DNA from: Thermoanaerobaculia bacterium
GTDB lineage: Bacteria; Acidobacteriota; Thermoanaerobaculia; Gp7-AA8
Direction of reading: 5' to 3'
Length of the DNA: 59,896 nt
Assembly: GCA_035544835.1 (NCBI GenBank)
Contig: DASZZV010000207.1
Span: 1 to 59,896, forward strand
Position 1 is the stretch's first letter. Every line of letters starts with the position of its first letter. Positions 1 to 7,156 of this stretch are shown piece after piece. Position numbers and translations under genes: made by a program. The notes beneath the pieces were generated by a model, which saw only the letters and a program-made list of their open reading frames with translations, did not search any database and was not told the DNA's origin.

Positions 1-342
1 GGAGGGATCGTGAAGAACCTGGACGGCAAATCGCTTCGGGTAGGTGGCGTGACCGATCACGTACACATGGTCGTCGGACTCCGGTCAACGCACTGCCTGT
101 CCGAATTCATGCGCGACGTGAAATCCTCATCCTCCGCATGGGTGCACAAGCGTCCGCGTAATAAGGGGTTTGCCTGGCAGGTCGGGTACGGTGGTTTCAC
201 GGTCAGCAAATCGAATCTGGATGCTGTCATCGAATACGTCGTAAACCAGGAGGAACATCATCGGCGTCGATCGTTTCAGGAAGAGTATCGCGAGCTCCTG
301 GAGAAGAATGAGATCAAGTTCGATGAGAGGTATCTGTGGTGA
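1..342 (+). CDS. REP-associated tyrosine transposase (RAYT; IS200/IS605 TnpA-like Y1 HUH nuclease), N-terminus cut by window edge
   Basis: ORF 10..342 stays open back to base 1. HUH motif 'HVHMVV'. C-terminal 'IEYVVNQEEHH' Tyr-helix typical of Y1 transposases. A REP doublet follows directly. Confidence 0.8.
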   Translation, partial: GGIVKNLDGKSLRVGGVTDHVHMVVGLRSTHCLSEFMRDVKSSSSAWVHKRPRNKGFAWQVGYGGFTVSKSNLDAVIEYVVNQEEHHRRRSFQEEYRELLEKNEIKFDERYLW

Positions 343-348
343 TGGCCT

Positions 349-658
349 GCGCCCCTACCGGGGCGCGTTGAAGATCAGGATGTCGTCGTCCAGTGGTTCG
401 CTTCGCTCACCACTGGCTACCAGTTGGTCGGCCCTCCGGGCCTTTGCACTCCGGAGTGTCGCCGGCAGGAGTCTTGGAAGTGGCGAGGTTCGAGTGCGTG
501 ACCGATGGAATGATTCTTCCGGGCGATAGCATGTTGTCGAGATCGCGTCCGCCTTTGAAGGAGGCCCGGAGGGCCGATCAGCTGGTAGCCAGTGGTGAGC
601 GAAGCGAACCACTGGAAACGCGAGTCCCGAGAATTTCAGTGCGCCCCGGCTGGGGCGC
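349..658. repeat. REP doublet (REPIN-like): two inverted about 100-nt REP units downstream of the RAYT gene
   Basis: The 53-nt core at 390..442 is the reverse complement of 563..615 with 2 mismatches (core ...GCTGGTAGCCAGTGGTGAGCGAAGCGAACCACTGG). Each unit also carries a GCGCCCC-loop-GGGGCGC hairpin (349..366 and 641..658). Confidence 0.85.
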
Positions 659-690
659 AGAGCCGAGAATCAATCGGTGCCTTCATCGCC

Positions 691-2214
691 CTATCTCGCT
701 TCCTCGTACAGCGGCGCGCCAGTCTCGTTGTCGACGATGGAAGCAAACGCGTAAAACGTCGCATCCGCGGTAATCGTGGAGATGACCAGGGTCAGGTCTT
801 TCGACTCTAGCCCTGCCAGCAATTCGAAGATATCGATCCCACTGAGGATCTGCCCCGCCTGTAGCTGGTAGTCACGCTTTCCGAGTGAGCGTCCGCTTTC
901 ATCGCGCAGATCGACTGTCAGCACCGCAGCTTTGGCCGACAGGTTCATCAGCGTCACGCTGGTGCGGCGGGCGGCAGAACGATCGAGACCGATCAGCGCG
1001 ACGCGTCGGCCGGTGTGAAAAAGGTCGCTCCAGCTGACAAGGGGAACCGCCTCGGAGGTCTGACCGCCGCGAGTTGTGACGTTGTAGGTGCTGCTGGTCA
1101 GCACGATTTCCGGCGTCGACAGATCAATTTCGATCGCACCATTGCCCTGCTCGAGCCCGAGGTCAGAGATCACGTCGTCGATCCGGCGCGACTCGTCGGG
1201 GGCGAGAACGTACTCTTTGATGACCTCTGTCTCCCCTGTGGAAGCGAGGTAGCGAAGGCGAAGACCGGCCGTGAATTGATCGCGGTTGAACATCGTCAGC
1301 CGCGTTCTCCACTGCGAACCGTTCGCCCCGGGAACCCGCGCCGCCGCCGGCAGCAGAAAGCGTTCGGAGTAGCTGAAGCTTTGACCTTCGGTTGCTGCAG
1401 CAGTAAGCGGTATCTCGAGAGAGGAGCCGCCACTCTCGATCTTGATGACGGACGCAAATGTCCCCGGGGCGGTCGATGCAAAGTTGACGGTCAGCGAGAG
1501 CGACGCACCCGGATTGAGGACGAGAGGCACGGGGAAAGAGCTCACCCTGAACGGGCCGTCTGCAACGCTGATGCGGCTTATCGACAACGGTGCGGTTCCT
1601 GAGTTGGCGATGATGAGGAGGCGTTCGGCCGCGCTGCCCAGAGGTACCGAGCCAAAGCCGACGGTTGCCGGTTCCACCGAGAGGATCGCGCGATTCGGCG
1701 TGATCGTAATGCCGCCATCCTGTTTCCCCGCGTAGGGAATGTCATTTCCCACGGCGTCCGATGCGCTGGGCTTGGTGAGGGAGTCAATCCTGACGAAGGC
1801 GAACCCGTCGGCCCCGGGGAGGACGTTGAACACGAGGTCGGTAATGACGCCGCTCGGAATCGTGGCCATAGGTAGATGGGGATCGAAGATGACGATTCCG
1901 ACTCGGCCAACGTCGCCCTCGACCGTCGAGTAGCTCGAGATCTGGAAGGAGGGCGGAACGGCTGGAGCGGGGAGGGCGAACTCCTGTCCTGAGGGACGCA
2001 GCGCCAGTCTGGTGGCGTCGTACGCCACAACGAAGGCGAGGGCTCCGGCCGAGGCGTCGGATTCCTGCAATCGAACCGGAACGGTGACCGTGCTGCCGGC
2101 GTTGGCGTTTCGTGAATCAACTTTCAGAAGGAAGGACGAAGCACTTGCCGAGGTGATGGCGGCCAGCGTCGAGAGAAGCCAGGTGGTGATCAGAAACCTT
2201 TTCGATCTCGTCAT
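691..2214 (-). CDS. secreted protein: signal peptide, cohesin-like N-domain, choice-of-anchor-D/ASH-like Ig domain, uncharacterised C-terminal domain
   Basis: Start moved to internal ATG (MTRSKRFLITTWLLSTLAAITSASA signal). 'AGSTVTVPVRL..AGALAFVVAYD' is cohesin-like. 'VGFGSVPLGS..LIIANSGTAPLSI' is choice-of-anchor-D-like. Family calls are by eye. Confidence 0.6.
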   Translation of the reverse strand: MTRSKRFLITTWLLSTLAAITSASASSFLLKVDSRNANAGSTVTVPVRLQESDASAGALAFVVAYDATRLALRPSGQEFALPAPAVPPSFQISSYSTVEGDVGRVGIVIFDPHLPMATIPSGVITDLVFNVLPGADGFAFVRIDSLTKPSASDAVGNDIPYAGKQDGGITITPNRAILSVEPATVGFGSVPLGSAAERLLIIANSGTAPLSISRISVADGPFRVSSFPVPLVLNPGASLSLTVNFASTAPGTFASVIKIESGGSSLEIPLTAAATEGQSFSYSERFLLPAAARVPGANGSQWRTRLTMFNRDQFTAGLRLRYLASTGETEVIKEYVLAPDESRRIDDVISDLGLEQGNGAIEIDLSTPEIVLTSSTYNVTTRGGQTSEAVPLVSWSDLFHTGRRVALIGLDRSAARRTSVTLMNLSAKAAVLTVDLRDESGRSLGKRDYQLQAGQILSGIDIFELLAGLESKDLTLVISTITADATFYAFASIVDNETGAPLYEEAR

Positions 2215-2273
2215 GAGGGTCACTTGATGTGTCAGCTGGCCAGGCCGCAGGGCTCGGCGAGCAAGAGACTCAA

Positions 2274-2289
2274 AGCAAAGACTGTTCCG
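2274..2289 (-). promoter_or_regulatory. candidate sigma-54 (-24/-12) promoter for the 691..2214 gene
   Basis: Minus strand reads gcGGAACagtctTTGCTt. GG-N10-GC spacing is correct and it matches 8 of 12 defined positions of TGGCACG-N4-TTGCA. It sits about 60 nt upstream of the ATG at 2214 and faces a divergent sigma-54 activator gene. Confidence 0.4.
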
Positions 2290-2328
2290 CACCGTGAGAT
2301 CGGTGTGGGGCCGATATAATGCGCGCCG

Positions 2329-3720
2329 ATGCCGCTCACGATTCTCATCGTCGACGACGAAGCGTCGTTGCGAGACTTTCTAAGCATTGTCTTCGAGCAG
2401 GAGGGCTGGGCAGTCCGCACGGCCGGCTCACTGAAAGAGGCACGGCAGTCGTTTCATCAGGCTGAGCCCGACCTCATCTTGTGCGATCTGATGATGCCGG
2501 ACGGGACCGGCCTCGATTTCCTCAAGGATGTGAAGGCCATCAGTCCGGTCATTCCAGTCATCATGATCACGGCCTATACCTCCACGCGGTCGGCCGTCGA
2601 TGCGTTGCGTGCCGGAGCCTACGATTACATCGCCAAGCCCTTCGACATCGAGGAGCTCAAGATCATCGTCCGCAAGGCCGTGGAGCGGAAGGAGCTCGAA
2701 GCCGAGAACGTCCATCTCCGCAGCGTCCTCGAGGAGCGCTTCACCTTCTCCAACATCATCGGCAAGAGCAGGCGGATGCAGGAGATCTTCTCCATCATCT
2801 CGCGGATCGCTCCGGCGAATTCGACCGTGTTGATCACCGGCGAATCGGGCACGGGTAAGGAGCTGATCGCTCGCGCCATCCATTTCAGGTCAAAGCGTCG
2901 CGGGAAATTCGTCTCCATCAACTGCGGCGCCTTGCCGGAGAACCTTCTGGAGTCCGAGCTCTTCGGGCACGAGCGGGGCTCCTTCACCGGGGCCATTCGC
3001 GAGAAGAAAGGACTGTTTCAGGAGTCGGAGAAGGGAACGATCTTCCTCGACGAGATCGGCGAGATGACTACGGCCATGCAGATCAAGCTGTTGCGTGTGC
3101 TGCAGGACCACTTGATTCGCAAAGTCGGTGGCAACGAGGAGATCCCGGTCGACACGAGGGTCATCGCGGCGACGAATCGCGATCTTGCCGAGTCGATCCA
3201 GCGGGGAACGTTCCGCGAGGATCTCTTCTATCGAATCAACGTCATTCCGATCGCCCTGCCGCCCTTGCGCCAGCGAACCGAAGACATTCCGCTCCTGGCT
3301 GACCATTTCATCACCAAGTACACGACCAGTATGAAGCTGCCTCCCAAGCGGATCTCGACCGAGGCCATGCGCTCGCTGGAGAAGTACTCGTGGCCCGGCA
3401 ACGTCCGCGAGCTCGAGAACGTCATCGAGCGCACCGTCGCGCTCGAACAGAGCGACGTTCTCACTACCCGATCCCTTCCCGAGAGCGTGCTGCTGGGGAT
3501 CAATACGAATTCGGATGTTTTTGAATTGCCCCCCGACGGGTTGAACCTGGAAAAGCACCTGGAGATGATCGGCAAGCTGCTCATGCTCCAGGCTCTGGAG
3601 CGGAGCCATGGCGTACAGACTCAGGCCGCCGAACTGCTGCAGATGTCCTTTCGTTCCTTTCGCTACTATGTGAAAAAGTACGAGCTGCTGACGGGCTCAC
3701 GCGAGGAGGAAACGACATGA
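2329..3720 (+). CDS. sigma-54-dependent response regulator (NtrC family: REC + AAA+ sigma-54 interaction + Fis-type HTH)
   Basis: 'ILIVDDE..' receiver domain, Walker A 'GESGTGKE', 'GSFTGA' GAFTGA-like loop, 'ESELFGHE', C-terminal HTH. 463 aa. Confidence 0.9.
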   Translation: MPLTILIVDDEASLRDFLSIVFEQEGWAVRTAGSLKEARQSFHQAEPDLILCDLMMPDGTGLDFLKDVKAISPVIPVIMITAYTSTRSAVDALRAGAYDYIAKPFDIEELKIIVRKAVERKELEAENVHLRSVLEERFTFSNIIGKSRRMQEIFSIISRIAPANSTVLITGESGTGKELIARAIHFRSKRRGKFVSINCGALPENLLESELFGHERGSFTGAIREKKGLFQESEKGTIFLDEIGEMTTAMQIKLLRVLQDHLIRKVGGNEEIPVDTRVIAATNRDLAESIQRGTFREDLFYRINVIPIALPPLRQRTEDIPLLADHFITKYTTSMKLPPKRISTEAMRSLEKYSWPGNVRELENVIERTVALEQSDVLTTRSLPESVLLGINTNSDVFELPPDGLNLEKHLEMIGKLLMLQALERSHGVQTQAAELLQMSFRSFRYYVKKYELLTGSREEETT

Positions 3721-4205
3721 AGACCCTGGCCATCATGCTGCTAACCATCGCTTTGGCGGGCATGGGCTGCGAGCCGTCGAGCCGTCAGGTCAATGTTCCC
3801 GTGGCGCGGCCGTCCAATGGGCCCATGGTGGTCTTCCCCGACGGATTCAAGATCGACTGCGAGCTGGCCGATACCGATGAGACCAGGCAGCAGGGGCTGA
3901 TGTACCGGGAGAGTCTCGCTCCGGGGAAGGGGATGATCTTTATCTTTACGCAGGCTGGCTTCTATCCGTTCTGGATGAAGAACACGCTGATTCCGCTCGA
4001 CATGATCTGGCTCGATGGAACGAAGAAAATCGTCTCGATCTCGGAGAAAGTCCCTCCCTGTGCGGCCGATCCCTGTCCCACCTATCCCCCGACCGGAAAT
4101 GCGCTGTATGTTCTGGAGATCGCCGGCGGGGAAGCGGCAAAGCACCACCTCAAGAGCGGAGATTCGGTAGTCATGCAGCACTTCGAGAATTTTGTCGCTC
4201 GATAA
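3717..4205 (+). CDS. DUF192 domain protein (signal peptide or lipoprotein-like N-terminus)
   Basis: 'GLMYRESL..GMIFIF..FWMKNTLIPLDMIWLD' matches the DUF192 pattern. ATGA overlap with the upstream regulator stop. Confidence 0.7.
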   Translation: MKTLAIMLLTIALAGMGCEPSSRQVNVPVARPSNGPMVVFPDGFKIDCELADTDETRQQGLMYRESLAPGKGMIFIFTQAGFYPFWMKNTLIPLDMIWLDGTKKIVSISEKVPPCAADPCPTYPPTGNALYVLEIAGGEAAKHHLKSGDSVVMQHFENFVAR

Positions 4206-4255
4206 GGCCGTTAAGCCGAATGAAGTTGCACGACACACTACTGGCGGCCTGATGG

Positions 4256-5146
4256 TTGCTGGAAAATCCAAGAATGCTTGCCCGAACTCGCGAAAATCTG
4301 CAGTCCATTTACGTTCTGATTTTTCTGAACGTCGCTTTTTTCCTGTTCCAGTACCAGGATCAGGAGCGCTATCGCTATCTCTTCTCCTTCGATAGATCGC
4401 GTGTGCTTTCCGGCGAGCTCTGGCGGATCTTCACCTATCAGTTTGTGCAGAGCGGCCCGCTGTCGCTCTTCTTCGTCCTGCTGATCCTGTACATCATGGG
4501 ATCGGCTGTGGAGGCGACGCTCGGCACGTTCGACTTCATGGCGCTCTTTCTTCTCTCGCTCTTCGGATCGGTAGCCATCGCCTTTGGTTTGAACATCGCC
4601 CTGCTGGGGTCGTTCTTCATCAGCTACTCGTTACTGTTCGTCTACGCCTACCTTTTTCCGGAGCAGACCTTCTACGTCTTTTTCGTTCTGCCGGTGAAGG
4701 TGAAGTGGCTGGCCTGGATCGCCGTCGGCGTGTTGATCGTTGGAATCGTCATCGGGAACAAACAGTCCATCGCCGCGGCGGGAGGTGTCATCCTCAGCTT
4801 CGGCTACTTTCTCCTCCGGAACCGCCGTCCCGCTCTTCCCAAAGCTCTGCGCCCCGATCTTCCGAAGAAGGGTCTGGACGAGGAGCAGCTGGTCGTTCAC
4901 CGGAACCTGGTGCTCTATCAGAAGATCAAGAAAGCGCTCGGCCCCGGAACAGCAGAAGAGCGAGCCGCGCTCGCTGCGTCGATCCTGCCGACGATCAAGG
5001 CGGGAGTGAACATCTGTCCGCCGCGCGACTTCAAGCCTGAGCACGAAGACCGCTACTGTGCGCGATGCGAGGGCTTCGCCGAGTGCTCGGTTCGCCACAT
5101 GCGCTTGTCAGACCCGGCCCTGGCCGAGGGCGAGACTCACTCCTGA
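4256..5146 (+). CDS. rhomboid-like polytopic membrane protein, catalytic Ser/His not evident; Cys-rich C-terminal tail
   Basis: 'ELWRIFTYQFVQSG..' resembles the rhomboid TM2 WR motif, but the His/Asn and GxSG positions are substituted. C-terminal 'CPPRD..CARCEGFAEC'. Confidence 0.5.
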   Translation: MLENPRMLARTRENLQSIYVLIFLNVAFFLFQYQDQERYRYLFSFDRSRVLSGELWRIFTYQFVQSGPLSLFFVLLILYIMGSAVEATLGTFDFMALFLLSLFGSVAIAFGLNIALLGSFFISYSLLFVYAYLFPEQTFYVFFVLPVKVKWLAWIAVGVLIVGIVIGNKQSIAAAGGVILSFGYFLLRNRRPALPKALRPDLPKKGLDEEQLVVHRNLVLYQKIKKALGPGTAEERAALAASILPTIKAGVNICPPRDFKPEHEDRYCARCEGFAECSVRHMRLSDPALAEGETHS

Positions 5147-5530
5147 GGTGCGTCATCTCCCGAGGGCTGGGAGATTCCCTGGACACGATTTGCTCATGAC
5201 ACTGGTTCCTGGCTGAGGGGAAGATCGTGTACGCGCATCGAGACCTCGTCCACGCTCACCGCAACACCTCGTATGAGCTCAGCTTCCAACTCATGCAGAA
5301 CGCGTAGGACCAGAGTTGCCAACTGTCAGCGGACTCGTCGAGGAGCTGAGTAGCACGATTCACCATGCTGTCGACAAGCGCCGAAGGCGACGTTCACTCC
5401 TGAGGTGAGGCCGGACAGCTTCCCTTTTTCAGCTAGATTAGCTCCGCGACATTCGCAAGAATGCTTAGCGATTCGTACTGTCGGAACGCGAAGGCTGAGA
5501 CTAGCGGAGATACTGTTCAGCTGGCGTTCA

Positions 5531-5787
5531 TCAGCGATAGGCTTTATCGCGCGGGAGAACGCGGAGAATGACGATCGTGCCGTCAGGTTCTTCGCGAAAA
5601 CGGATACGCAGATTGCCGGAGCGGAGGCGGTATTCGGCTCCGAGCGGCCCCTGCAGGCTTTCACCTCTCCTTCGCTCGTTTCGGCAAAGCGAACGACCAC
5701 GCGGGCGACGCGGCGCTGGTTCTCTGGATTGAGGCGCCGAAGATCCTTTGCAGCGCTTTCAGACCAGCGCACTGCCGCATGACTCAT
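5531..5787 (-). pseudogene. RelE/ParE-family toxin gene interrupted by a 1-nt frameshift
   Basis: N-terminal frame reads MSHAAVRWSESAAKDLRRLNPENQRRVARVV..SEGEV. A second frame continues ..SLQGPLGAEYRLRSGNLRIRFREEPDGTIVILRVLPRDKAYR*, the canonical RelE/ParE C-terminus. The span is 257 nt, not a multiple of 3. Confidence 0.75.
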
Positions 5788-6023
5788 TCGTTGATTCCGA
5801 GACGCCGAAGCAACTCCTCATGTGAGATGGTTTGGCCGGACCGCGCTTCGGTCAAACCGCCGTCGAAGTCGTCGTCGGGCTCGTCATCCGGCGGCGCGTT
5901 CGCGAGCAGGATCTGCAGCGGATTCGCCGGCTGCTCAAGGGCGGTCAGGATGCGTGCGGCCGTGAGGAGTTCGGACTCCGGAAGCTTGTCTACGATTTCG
6001 TGAAGCATTTCTCGCGTGGTCAT
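5784..6023 (-). CDS. antitoxin partner of the RelE/ParE-like toxin
   Basis: Internal ATG (MTTREMLHEIVDKLPESELL...) preceded by GGGAGGA. The stop overlaps the toxin ATG (ATGA). Confidence 0.65.
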   Translation of the reverse strand: MTTREMLHEIVDKLPESELLTAARILTALEQPANPLQILLANAPPDDEPDDDFDGGLTEARSGQTISHEELLRRLGINE

Positions 6024-6199
6024 GGTTCCTCCCTGGGGGACCGCGGTGTCGTCCGCATCGAGTGAGAACAGCGTCAGACCCACGTTGATCTTCGCACAGC
6101 AGCGCGCTCCGAGACATGAGTGACGCCCACGTCAAATCGCGGCCGTCAGCGTTACGCTCGTCGAGCCCTATCGTCGCCAGAATGGTGACCAGCGAGCGG

Positions 6200-6922
6200 T
6201 TATGGTGATGCCGGTCCGCCGCCCGGATCGGAACCGCCACCCGGACCGCGGCGCTTTCTGAACCGGCGTCTGCGCCGACGGGCCGGACTGTCGGCCTGGC
6301 TGTCCTGATTGACGCTGGTAGGCGCCGGCTTTTCCGCTCTGCCCTGCGACGGTTGCGGCTGTTGCTGAGGAGGCCGCGGCTGCTGCGGCGGTCGCGTCTC
6401 AGTGTGCTGCACTGCTCCCGCTTCCGGCGCGCCTGCGCCCTGTCCCGGTCTCCGACCTCGCCTCCGTCTGCGTCCCTTCTTCTCGGACTGGGCGGCCCCG
6501 GTCGCGGCGTTCTGCGTGGCCTGGGCGGGTTGCGGCGAAGCTGGGGAAACGGCGTTTCTCTGAGGGGGTCCCGGACGCCTCTGGTTCTCACCCGGGCGCT
6601 GGCCTAGTCCCTGACGCTGCGGCTGAGGAGGACGTTCCCCCTCGGGGCGGGCCGGACGATTCGGTCGACGCGCGTTGCCGCGCTCGGGACGACCGGCGGC
6701 CGGCTTCGGACGCCGCCCCCGCGGCTCACGCCGCCCCTCCCTGCTCTCTTCTTTCGCCTTCCCGATCGCCGGAACCTTGACGCCCCGTCGGGCCAGCATG
6801 CGGCTCGACTCAGCGTCACGACGGGCCTGGAGCGGGTCGAACTTGCAATAGGGGCAGACCCTCCAGCCTTCCGGGTAGGTCCGGGTGCACTTCTTACAGA
6901 GAATGCTTTTGGGCAGAGGCAT
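6200..6922 (-). CDS. zinc-ribbon protein with about 200-aa Arg/Pro/Gly/Gln-rich highly basic low-complexity tail
   Basis: Start set to MPLPKSILCKKCTRTYPEGWRVCPYCKF (CxxC..CxxC). The longer 391-aa ORF would run across the divergent intergenic region. Confidence 0.55.
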   Translation of the reverse strand: MPLPKSILCKKCTRTYPEGWRVCPYCKFDPLQARRDAESSRMLARRGVKVPAIGKAKEESREGRREPRGRRPKPAAGRPERGNARRPNRPARPEGERPPQPQRQGLGQRPGENQRRPGPPQRNAVSPASPQPAQATQNAATGAAQSEKKGRRRRRGRRPGQGAGAPEAGAVQHTETRPPQQPRPPQQQPQPSQGRAEKPAPTSVNQDSQADSPARRRRRRFRKRRGPGGGSDPGGGPASP

Positions 6923-7028
6923 CGGGGGCGGATTGTACACGCGCTCGCAGAAACAGGGGGAAGGTCGGCTCCGCGTGAAGACCCTTACCGCGTCGCACAC
7001 CGTGATCGGCAAAGTTGTCCGAGGGGAG

Positions 7029-7125
7029 CGGGCGCCTCGCCCGCTCTGCGGTAACACACGCGCCGATTCTTCGAGCACTCGCTCGAAGAGCGGGCGAGGC
7101 GCCCGCTCCCCTCGGCGAGACGCCC
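7029..7125. repeat. perfect 28-bp inverted repeat with 41-nt spacer in a divergent intergenic region
   Basis: CCGAGGGGAGCGGGCGCCTCGCCCGCTC at 7029..7056 is the exact reverse complement of 7098..7125. Each arm is itself a hairpin (GAGCGGGCG-cct-CGCCCGCTC). The spacer holds a further 9-bp hairpin at 7078..7099. Confidence 0.8.
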
Positions 7126-7156
7126 AGGGCTGCCTATGCCGGACTAGGATAGGCAC

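Noticed and set aside
355-773. ORFs beginning MVRFAHHWLP.. (393..773 +, 355..612 -, and 59574..59831 -), which look like a repeated small protein family.
   Set aside because: The shared peptide is just the translation of the REP core CCAGTGGTGAGCGAAGCGAACCACTGG on either strand, so these are repeat DNA and not genes.
5123-5407. 28-nt direct repeat (5123..5150 vs 5380..5407, 24 of 28 identical) duplicating the 3' end of the rhomboid-like gene, possibly a third repeat-cargo-repeat insertion next to the relE locus.
   Set aside because: It is short, with 4 mismatches. A rough estimate puts it only marginally above chance in 60 kb of GC-rich DNA. The 230 bp between the copies contain no convincing gene. 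Noted but not claimed.
5326-5787. 153-aa ORF taken as one CDS.
   Set aside because: Only the first about 42 codons look like RelE/ParE. The family's C-terminus is in another frame and ends at 5531, so the rest of the 153-aa frame is read-through after a frameshift.
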